The notes under the pieces are model-generated. The model ran no database searches, was not told the DNA's origin, and worked only from the letters and a program-made list of their open reading frames with translations. DNA of 31,795 nt from a virus. Its lineage: Duplodnaviria > Caudoviricetes. This document shows, piece after piece, positions 1 to 7,207 of this stretch; within the stretch, counting starts at the first letter, position 1; each line of letters starts with the position of its first letter. The position numbers and the translations under genes were made by a program. The stretch lies in the IMG/VR virus record IMGVR_UViG_3300017707_000625, positions 1 to 31,795 of that record; one strand, given 5' to 3'.

Positions 1-261
1 CTTACCTGCTTCGTGAGCTGTCTGAGCCTGCTCTTCAAACGCAGCCTTAATCGTATCGAGTTGCTGAACAGAGTAATCAACATACTTTTCCTCGACGCGA
101 AACTGACCCTTCACCTTCTCAAGGTCAGTCTGTAGTTGAAACATGTTGAGTTCGTGCTGACGTTCGTTCTTCTTGTCGAGATACTTCAATATCTCTGGCG
201 CTAGTCTAAACAGGCCACCAAAGATACTTCCAAGCAAGCCACCGCCAAGCAACTCAAACAT
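1..261 (-). CDS. Putative holin-like membrane protein (3TM/GTA-holin-like), truncated at window edge; not in ORF track
   Basis: ATG at 261 overlaps the TAA of the upstream gene; open to position 1: MFELLGGGLLGSIFGGLFRLAPEILKYLDKKNERQHELNMFQLQTDLEK...; hydrophobic N-terminus then charged helix; lysis position. Confidence 0.6.
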   Translation of the reverse strand, partial: MFELLGGGLLGSIFGGLFRLAPEILKYLDKKNERQHELNMFQLQTDLEKVKGQFRVEEKYVDYSVQQLDTIKAAFEEQAQTAHEAGK

Positions 262-533
262 TACTTGTTCCCTTTAAGACGCTCACGCTCTTCAAGCAAT
301 CGCACCTTAACTTGTAGCTCATTGATGTGCTGCATAAGCTGTTCTTTCTGAATCTGCCTACGCTCTGCACTAATTGGACTATCAGTCGGAGTGCCTTCTT
401 TGGTAATCAACGCAGGCATCTGCCCCTCGATTTTAGTGAGCCGCTCAGAAAATGACGCAACTTGACCTAAGAGCCATGCAAGCGCTGCTACAACGATGGG
501 GATTACCGCTTTGAGAACGTCTGACCAAGCCAT
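261..533 (-). CDS. Small membrane-anchored coiled-coil protein (lysis cassette)
   Basis: 90 aa; one N-terminal TM segment (VLKAVIPIVVAALAWLLGQV) followed by a heptad-like charged tail. Confidence 0.65.
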   Translation of the reverse strand: MAWSDVLKAVIPIVVAALAWLLGQVASFSERLTKIEGQMPALITKEGTPTDSPISAERRQIQKEQLMQHINELQVKVRLLEERERLKGNK

Positions 534-707
534 TTACTTATTCAACATCGTGTCAATACGTTTATGAGCCATGCTAGCAGCCTCATGCAACATATCAACT
601 CTTGCTTTTAAGTGAGCCAAGTCTGACCGAATGGCAACGTAAGCACCAAACGCACCGGCAGCAGCACCAATCAAAGCCTGAACAATGATAGATACTGAGA
701 TTTCCAT
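534..707 (-). CDS. 57-aa single-TM protein, XhlA/holin-like; not in ORF track
   Basis: MEISVSIIVQALIGAAAGAFGAYVAIRSDLAHLKARVDMLHEAASMAHKRIDTMLNK; exactly fills the gap between neighbours; AHKRID motif resembles XhlA-like phage proteins. Confidence 0.65.
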   Translation of the reverse strand: MEISVSIIVQALIGAAAGAFGAYVAIRSDLAHLKARVDMLHEAASMAHKRIDTMLNK

Positions 708-1064
708 TTATGACTTCCCGTTGCCAGCAGTGAAGTAAGCCTCAGCCGTACCAGACTCCGTAATGGCAGCAATGTAAAGCGGCGTTGTAGGGCTGCATTG
801 ACCAGGTATGGTGTACGTCCTGATGTCATCTTGAATAGCAATCAATGCGTACTGAGCCGTTGCACTAGGAACTGTTACCGTCAGCGCTGGGTCGGTTGTG
901 GACATACGAAAGTACACAGGTTTACCAGAGCCTGAGTTCTCATGGCTTGTAACAAGCAACTGATTGCAGATCGTGTCTGGTGTAAGCGTTACAACTTGAG
1001 AGGTTGTTGTAGCAAGAACCTGTACCGTCTTACCACCAGGCTCAAAAGGATTAACGGTTGCCAT
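708..1064 (-). CDS. Hypothetical beta-rich protein, possibly virion decoration
   Basis: 118 aa, T/V/A-rich with a beta-strand pattern, ends YFTAGNGKS. Confidence 0.6.
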   Translation of the reverse strand: MATVNPFEPGGKTVQVLATTTSQVVTLTPDTICNQLLVTSHENSGSGKPVYFRMSTTDPALTVTVPSATAQYALIAIQDDIRTYTIPGQCSPTTPLYIAAITESGTAEAYFTAGNGKS

Positions 1065-1218
1065 TCTTGTTACCCCATTGCTGTGCAGCAGTCATCGTGC
1101 CATAGCACTTATCACCGCTCATGAACTTCGGTTGGAAGTTAGGTGTAACTTGCTTGGCCGTACCTTGGCTAGGCTTTAGTACCACCTGCTTGCTCACTAT
1201 TTTCGTCATCGTCATCAT
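1051..1218 (-). CDS. 55-aa basic hypothetical protein; not in ORF track
   Basis: MMTMTKIVSKQVVLKPSQGTAKQVTPNFQPKFMSGDKCYGTMTAAQQWGNKNGNR; AAGGA upstream; bridges the gap between neighbours. Confidence 0.55.
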   Translation of the reverse strand: MMTMTKIVSKQVVLKPSQGTAKQVTPNFQPKFMSGDKCYGTMTAAQQWGNKNGNR

Positions 1219-1417
1219 GCTTCGCTTCCTTTATCAAGGATGGTAAAAAGACCGTGATGGCAAAGATCAATAATGCAGCGAGTCGCTCATACGTCGGCCC
1301 CCACATCGTCCAGCAAGCCAAGGCAAAAGTCATCGACAACGCCAAGATTGTCAAAACCCTAGCCACCACCAACTTCAAAGAAATCCGCACTACCTTCAAC
1401 AGCAAGTTTGAATCCAT
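1169..1417 (-). CDS. Two-TM membrane protein, holin/antiholin candidate
   Basis: Likely start MDSNLL at 1417 (82 aa; track starts at 1429); two hydrophobic helices, basic N-terminus, acidic C-terminal tail. Confidence 0.6.
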   Translation of the reverse strand: MDSNLLLKVVRISLKLVVARVLTILALSMTFALACWTMWGPTYERLAALLIFAITVFLPSLIKEAKHDDDDENSEQAGGTKA

Positions 1418-1433
1418 GTTCAGCCCCATGGGT

Positions 1434-1482
1434 TAGTTAAGGTTCTCTATGTTACCTTAACTATCATCATCATCGCTGTCTA
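1434..1482 (-). promoter_or_regulatory. Putative sigma70 promoter overlapped by a 10-bp inverted repeat upstream of the lysis cassette
   Basis: Minus strand TAGACA(1482-1477)-N17-TAAGGT(1459-1454); perfect IR TAGTTAAGGT(1434-1443)-N10-ACCTTAACTA(1454-1463). Confidence 0.45.
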
Positions 1483-1663
1483 AGAACCCGCTACCCCATT
1501 CAGCATCCGATGCTTTCAATCGGATGGCTTCCAACTTCAACGCACGGTCAATGATCTTGCTCTTGTCCGTGAGTGTGGCCTCTGGATCAGCCATGACCTC
1601 AGCCAAGAGCTTGCTAATCGCAGACTCTAGGTCTGGGTTAATCCCAGAGGTCTTACGCTTCAT
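1457..1663 (-). CDS. 68-aa helical protein with acidic tail (weak small-terminase candidate)
   Basis: ORF coupled by ATGA overlap; amphipathic helices; DSDDDDS tail. Confidence 0.6.
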   Translation of the reverse strand: MKRKTSGINPDLESAISKLLAEVMADPEATLTDKSKIIDRALKLEAIRLKASDAEWGSGFLDSDDDDS

Positions 1664-1839
1664 CGCATCATGCGACGCTTAGGCTGACGCTCAGGCATTT
1701 TCTGCACAGGCATTCTGCCAAGAGCACGTTGCGCTGCAAGCGAGCCTGCAACTTCATTGCGACCAGCTTCAGCGGCTTGCGCCTCTTGACGCTTCATCTC
1801 TTTATTGCCTTCTGCTTTCATCGTTGCATCGTAGTTCAT
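1660..1839 (-). CDS. 59-aa hypothetical protein; not in ORF track
   Basis: MNYDATMKAEGNKEMKRQEAQAAEAGRNEVAGSLAAQRALGRMPVQKMPERQPKRRMMR; ATGA overlaps at both ends; GAGG upstream. Confidence 0.7.
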   Translation of the reverse strand: MNYDATMKAEGNKEMKRQEAQAAEAGRNEVAGSLAAQRALGRMPVQKMPERQPKRRMMR

Positions 1840-2018
1840 CGCATACCTCTCTTTGTTTTGCGAGCCGTTGAATAAGCTATGGCCGCAGCCTGCTTGACTG
1901 CTGCACGTTTACTGGCAGGTCGGCTGGTGCCAATCTTGCCACTTTCTTTGAAACTTCGCACTATCTCTCCGATATTGCTAGAGATTGTTTTCTGACTGCT
2001 ACCTTTTTTGAGTGGCAT
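1836..2018 (-). CDS. Small basic phage protein (MPLKKG...ISxNI...QAxAIAYS type)
   Basis: 60 aa, K/R-rich; pattern common in phage structural regions; TAATG coupling. Confidence 0.75.
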   Translation of the reverse strand: MPLKKGSSQKTISSNIGEIVRSFKESGKIGTSRPASKRAAVKQAAAIAYSTARKTKRGMR

Positions 2019-4684
2019 TATCGGCTCCCTAATAATGAACCAACAGGCTCGGCAGTAAAAGCGCCAGTTGTTCCAGCGCCTACAGCACGCAGTAAACGAA
2101 CCGCGGCTTCCACACGGCGATCAGGATCGATCACTCGGTTAATAACTTGTATCTGCTGGCGTAATTGGTTGATCTGTTTTGGCCCTACTAAAGCAGAGCC
2201 TTCAAGCGCTGGTACAACATTGCGCTCAAACACATCGTTAAGTTTCTGAGGCGATACACGAGATAACGAAATTTCTAGGGCTTTTACAAAGTCGTTTTTA
2301 GTGTTTCTGTCTGTACCAAGGTATGCAGATAGCTTACGAATATCTTCAATGGACTTAGCACCCGTAAGCATTGCTTCAATAGTTTGCGCAGGGTTCTTAG
2401 AACCAAGAACCATTTGCACCGCTTGCTCTGGTGTAGCAATCGATTCTGGCATCAAACCTTTAGCTTTCTTTTCTGCCTCAGACATGATTGCTGTTCGCTG
2501 CTTAGCTATTTCCGCAGCGCCAGACGTTCTTTGACTTTCTAACAAGCTAGCAAGACGTTCAGCTTCTTTTGTTCCAGAAACTTCCGCTTCTTTGGCAAGC
2601 CTCTCAGCGCCTAACATCGCTTTAGACGCTTCACGTTCACCAGCGCTTTCAATGCGACCAGCTTCTTTTGCTGCTTGCGCTTGTAACTTAGCGGCTTCTG
2701 TTTGTGCTTTACCTGGAAGAGCGCTCATCTCTGTACGCAATGCTGATGCCAATTTTTCTCTACGGCCAGCAACCGATTCAGCCGTACCAAGCGTACCTGC
2801 ATAACCCTGCAAGTCTTGGCGCAACTGCGGGAAACGTTCAAGCCAACCACGATTAGCAAAGATAAAGTTTTGTATATCTTTACCACCCTTGCTTTGCAGT
2901 TGGTCTGCAACAAAAGAACGGGCTAGTTTTTCTACTGCTGCTTCGTTACCACCTGCAAGCGCAATAGCTTCATTAACGGTATCTCTGTTCTTAAAGATTT
3001 GACTCGGCAAGTCAGCCGCAAATGTCGTAAACCGACTAAAGTCAAAGTCTTCTCGGCCTGTTAACGCTTTGCCAAACCTACTCTTGAACTGACTAATAGG
3101 TTCGCTATCAATACGGTACTGATCAAGCGCTTTACCAAAACCAGGAACAAACTCACGTTGAATGTTTTCCACAATCGCTTTGAGTTGACCGGCTTGTTGT
3201 TGACCAATAGCATCAAAACCTTCAGCAGGAAGACCGGCAGCACGATCACCAAGGAATCGACGTAAATATTCTAGTGATCTAAAACTAACCTCGCGGTCTA
3301 TAACCGAACCATCTTCAGCAACTGTGCGTCCAGTGATTGCGCTTTTAACTCGATTGAGTTGGTCGCGTATCTGAGGAAGATTGACGTTAGACATCTTGGT
3401 ATCTGGATTACGCAAGATGTCATTAATCTGTTCAAGGCCAGCATTAAACGCTTGTGTTTGTTTGATGCGAGAGCCTGATTTTTCTCTAGCCTCCGCTTGA
3501 GCAAAGGCATCGCTCATGTTTGTATCTGCCGCTTGTTGCCTTGCAGATCGCAATGATTGCAAGCGCGTATCAACCAAGCCTCGCAACTCACTACCTATGT
3601 CGGCAACATTGACAGGTTCACCAATAGTTCCAAACTGACCCCTAGCCTGCGTAAGCCTTTCTTCACCACGCTGCCTTGTTCTTGATGCAACCTCACGCAG
3701 TCTTGCAGCCCTTTCGCTTGCTTGGCTAAGTATCTGCTCTGCTTGTCTTTGACCTTGCTGCATGATGGCATCAGCTTGCTGTTGAGCATTGCGCCTAATC
3801 ACAGGGTCATCTTGCGCAGCCTTAGCGAGAATACGATCTGCTTCATTCTTAGCGTTTAACAACGCCAATCCTGATCGCTCTTGCTCTGCCTTTTCAAGCC
3901 GCATCATGGCGCTTTCAAACTGGCTTTGTAGCCTTCCTACTTGCTGCTCTGCTGCGCCAAGTATGTCTTGCGCTGCACGATTAGCATCACCTTCAGCCCG
4001 TTGGAAATCATTTTGCAAGCGTTGTTGTTGCTCCATGATTCGTTGCTTAGCTGATTCGTAAACACGAGTCTGTGCAGATATATCAGTTGCAGGCGCACCG
4101 CCTCGCATTTTCCCTTGAAGTCTTTCTACTGCTGCTTGCCTAGCCAATGTTTCTGTTGAAGTGCTTGGCATAAGCATGGAGCGCATGGCCGTTGATGCGT
4201 CTTGTACATAGCCTGTAGGAGCCATGCGACCAGCAAAACGGCTAATGAATCTTCCGGTTTCAGGCGCAACAATCTCTGCACCAAACCTTGCCATCTCTTG
4301 CGTCTTAGGGCCACCACCAGCCATTTCTGTTGCTTGAGCAGCGGCTTCTCCAGCAGCGCCAGATAGCGCTCCGGCACCAGCAGACGCAAGCCTTGCGCCA
4401 CGCATGACGTTACCAGCAGCAATAAGCGGAGGGCCAAGCGGAGCAGTAGGAGGGAATGCAGACGCTGCCAAACCAGCGCCGATTGTTAACTCCGGAGCTA
4501 CGGCACCAACTGTTGCACCACCTAACGCTGAACCGACAAACTCCTTGCCACGTTCAAGCAGCGACTTTTCTTTTGGTTTTGGTTGCGGCTCAAGGCTAGG
4601 TACGCTTGACGCAGGCAAGTCATCTTGCGGAACTGATTTTCCGCGCAAAGAATCAGGAAGATCGTCTTCAGGTACAGCAGCCAT
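2018..4684 (-). CDS. Large internal virion / DNA ejection protein
   Basis: Likely start MAAVPEDD at 4684 (TAATG overlap; 888 aa; track starts at 4699); A/Q/E/R-rich helical; G/A-rich hydrophobic segments near both termini; last of the ejection block. Confidence 0.7.
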   Translation of the reverse strand: MAAVPEDDLPDSLRGKSVPQDDLPASSVPSLEPQPKPKEKSLLERGKEFVGSALGGATVGAVAPELTIGAGLAASAFPPTAPLGPPLIAAGNVMRGARLASAGAGALSGAAGEAAAQATEMAGGGPKTQEMARFGAEIVAPETGRFISRFAGRMAPTGYVQDASTAMRSMLMPSTSTETLARQAAVERLQGKMRGGAPATDISAQTRVYESAKQRIMEQQQRLQNDFQRAEGDANRAAQDILGAAEQQVGRLQSQFESAMMRLEKAEQERSGLALLNAKNEADRILAKAAQDDPVIRRNAQQQADAIMQQGQRQAEQILSQASERAARLREVASRTRQRGEERLTQARGQFGTIGEPVNVADIGSELRGLVDTRLQSLRSARQQAADTNMSDAFAQAEAREKSGSRIKQTQAFNAGLEQINDILRNPDTKMSNVNLPQIRDQLNRVKSAITGRTVAEDGSVIDREVSFRSLEYLRRFLGDRAAGLPAEGFDAIGQQQAGQLKAIVENIQREFVPGFGKALDQYRIDSEPISQFKSRFGKALTGREDFDFSRFTTFAADLPSQIFKNRDTVNEAIALAGGNEAAVEKLARSFVADQLQSKGGKDIQNFIFANRGWLERFPQLRQDLQGYAGTLGTAESVAGRREKLASALRTEMSALPGKAQTEAAKLQAQAAKEAGRIESAGEREASKAMLGAERLAKEAEVSGTKEAERLASLLESQRTSGAAEIAKQRTAIMSEAEKKAKGLMPESIATPEQAVQMVLGSKNPAQTIEAMLTGAKSIEDIRKLSAYLGTDRNTKNDFVKALEISLSRVSPQKLNDVFERNVVPALEGSALVGPKQINQLRQQIQVINRVIDPDRRVEAAVRLLRAVGAGTTGAFTAEPVGSLLGSR

Positions 4685-6141
4685 TACTTGTACTCCCATG
4701 CCCCGTTACGAAACACCATTGGTTTGCCAGACTTAGAAGTTGCTTCTTGCCCTTCTTGTGGCCCTGCTTGCGGGGAAGGCTGCATGATGACAGAAGCTGC
4801 TGTTTGATAAGGATCGAGTTTTTCGCCTTGCCGAATCCCAGTATCCATGCCAGGTGCTACTTTGATGGCTGGTAAACCCCTGAACATTTGCCTGTAGACA
4901 CCAATAGTGTCTTGAACATTTTTAGACATAATGTCTAATTTTTCTTTAATTATTTCTGGTGTATCACCAGGCTGAGCAACCACACCATAATTACGCATTG
5001 CTTCAGATGCAGTAACAGCCAATCCAGAAGTGCTTGCGTAATATTTATTTCTTATAGCCTTAATTTTTACCATGAACTGACGAACGTCAGGATCAGTTTC
5101 AGTTTGCAACAATTGACTTGCAAGAGGCCCTTTTTCTGAAAGGAAAGCAACAAGCCTGTCTTTACCAATCTTTTCTGACAAACCAGGTTTTTGTAAATCT
5201 GCACGCAAATCATTAATGTCTGCAAGCAATACGTTGTCAGCAACATATTTTTTATTAACATCAGCACCAGGTTTTAGGTCACCTTGCTGCTGACGCATTT
5301 CAGCCAAATCAATGCGTAATTGGTTAGCCTCTCGCCTTGCTTGCGCTTGCGCAGCTATCTGCTCACGCCGTAACTCTGCCTGCTGCTTCAATTGCAACAT
5401 CGTTTGAGAAGCGCGATCAGAGCCTTCCATGGCTTTGAATAAAGCATCTTGTGCTTGCTTGTACTGACCCTGCCTCAGTGCAGCAGCAGCCACACTGTTT
5501 TGCATTTCAGCCTCTAATATCTTTAACTCACCTTCAGCAGCCTTGCGATCAGTCTGCAACAAACCCATAGCTCTATTAAATCGCTCAAGGGTTTGCTTAT
5601 TGTTTTCTTTAATAGCCTCTACGTTCTTAGCAAAGACATCAATCTCTCGCTTGTAGACATCCTGCCTGCCTTGCCTAAATCCTTCTACGGCACCATTGAG
5701 AGCTGCCATAGCAGCCATCCCAGAGCGCTTGCTTGCACCACCAGCAAGAAAGCCAGCAACAATACTAAGACCAAGTACATTCCGTATGTCTTCCAGATTT
5801 GACTGGCTTGGTTCAAAAGCAGGAATCTCTTTTTGCTTGTACTCAGGCGACTCAATGAGTTCGCGTTCTTTAACAGCAAACTCTTCGCCAATGGCTTTGC
5901 CACGCTCAGCCATACCTGTACGCTGTTTGGCAATATCTGCTTGCGCCTTGGTCGCTTCAGACATGGAACCTTCAAGCAAGCCTGGTAACTGTTCTTCAGC
6001 CACCGTGCCACGAGCAATGCGCCTTTGCATACCTTGCTCTGGCGTAAGGGTTGTTGCCTCTTCACTGGGTTTACCAAACGTAGAGCGCAAGGCTCGACTA
6101 ACTGGATCACCTACCGTACCAAGCGCGTCTTGAAGTGCCAT
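4684..6141 (-). CDS. Internal virion / ejection protein
   Basis: 485 aa, helical/coiled-coil; hydrophobic stretch VLGLSIVAGFLAGGA; short C-terminal module GQEATSKSGKPMVFRNGAWEY. Confidence 0.7.
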   Translation of the reverse strand: MALQDALGTVGDPVSRALRSTFGKPSEEATTLTPEQGMQRRIARGTVAEEQLPGLLEGSMSEATKAQADIAKQRTGMAERGKAIGEEFAVKERELIESPEYKQKEIPAFEPSQSNLEDIRNVLGLSIVAGFLAGGASKRSGMAAMAALNGAVEGFRQGRQDVYKREIDVFAKNVEAIKENNKQTLERFNRAMGLLQTDRKAAEGELKILEAEMQNSVAAAALRQGQYKQAQDALFKAMEGSDRASQTMLQLKQQAELRREQIAAQAQARREANQLRIDLAEMRQQQGDLKPGADVNKKYVADNVLLADINDLRADLQKPGLSEKIGKDRLVAFLSEKGPLASQLLQTETDPDVRQFMVKIKAIRNKYYASTSGLAVTASEAMRNYGVVAQPGDTPEIIKEKLDIMSKNVQDTIGVYRQMFRGLPAIKVAPGMDTGIRQGEKLDPYQTAASVIMQPSPQAGPQEGQEATSKSGKPMVFRNGAWEYK

Positions 6142-6143
6142 GA

Positions 6144-7205
6144 TTATGGTTTCCCAGGCGTTGCTGTCGTTGAAGTGGTTGCTGGCGTAGCCACATTACC
6201 GTAGATTGTGCGGTAAAGATTCGTCAGTGTCGTATTCAACATGTCTCTAGTGGCTTGATCAGCAGCATAACCAGCCTTGATCGCAGCAGCCTGGTATTGA
6301 TCACCAATGCCTGCAATCTTGATACCCTGATCAATCAAGTCTTGAGCGCCACGCTGTTGCATCTCAACCATTCTTGCTTGCTGTTGCTGCGCAGCCGTGC
6401 CGCCTGTCAATCCACGGTTTGCCAATTGCTGACGTTGCTGTGCTTGCAGTGCTGCGAGTTGCTGTTGCTGAACAGGTGTGATTTCACCGCGCTGACCACG
6501 AGCAATCATTTCTTGGCCTAATGCACGTTGCGGCGCACCAATCTGAGAAAGTTCTTGTTGCATCCTACGGGCTTGCCTGCCAGCCTGTCTAGCCTGCAAA
6601 AGCGCAGCAGCAGTACCAAGCCCTGCTAAACCTTCTCTAGTGCCGAGCACTTCTTTTGCACCGGCTTTTAACATACCGGCCAGATCACGCTGAGGCGCTG
6701 CTTGAGTTTGCACGCCGCGATCAAAGGTTTCTGTTGCCGCACCTGTCATACCTTCACCGTAGTTCATAGAAGGTCTAAATGATGTCGGTATAAATGGTGC
6801 ATAAGTGCCTTGCCCTATATTTAATTCTGGCGTGTAATCAGGCATTGGTGCAGCAGCAGGTGGTATTTCAAAGCCTTGCCCGTACTGTGTTGTCATGGGC
6901 ATTTCAACACCACCGCTTTCCGGTGTGGGTGAAGTATCAAACGATTTTATTGAAGGAGCTTGGCTTATAGGTTGTGAATATGTACCTGTATCATAGTCAT
7001 AGCCATAGTTTTCATCTTGAAACTCAGGCAACCCTGTTGCAGGATTCATGGTTCCAGCACCGCCTCTTGATTTCAGCAGTGCTGCTTCTTGCGGTGTAAT
7101 ATGTGCAAGAATCGTGTCTTGCCCACGGCCTTGCCTGCGTAGCATCTCTGCTAATGCTTTAAGATCAAGACCACCACCAAGGAGTGCGGCAAGTTGTTTA
7201 GCCAT
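6144..7205 (-). CDS. Internal virion / ejection (DNA transfer) protein
   Basis: 353 aa; N-terminal GRGQDTILAHITPQEAALLKSRGGAGTMNPATGLPEF motif; Q/A/G-rich helical C-terminal half. Confidence 0.7.
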   Translation of the reverse strand: MAKQLAALLGGGLDLKALAEMLRRQGRGQDTILAHITPQEAALLKSRGGAGTMNPATGLPEFQDENYGYDYDTGTYSQPISQAPSIKSFDTSPTPESGGVEMPMTTQYGQGFEIPPAAAPMPDYTPELNIGQGTYAPFIPTSFRPSMNYGEGMTGAATETFDRGVQTQAAPQRDLAGMLKAGAKEVLGTREGLAGLGTAAALLQARQAGRQARRMQQELSQIGAPQRALGQEMIARGQRGEITPVQQQQLAALQAQQRQQLANRGLTGGTAAQQQQARMVEMQQRGAQDLIDQGIKIAGIGDQYQAAAIKAGYAADQATRDMLNTTLTNLYRTIYGNVATPATTSTTATPGKP

Positions 7206-7207
7206 GA

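Noticed and set aside
2018-4684. 888-aa helical protein as a tape measure protein or lytic transglycosylase
   Set aside because: No tail tube, sheath or chaperone genes nearby and no SLT or lysozyme motifs seen; the context fits an ejection protein
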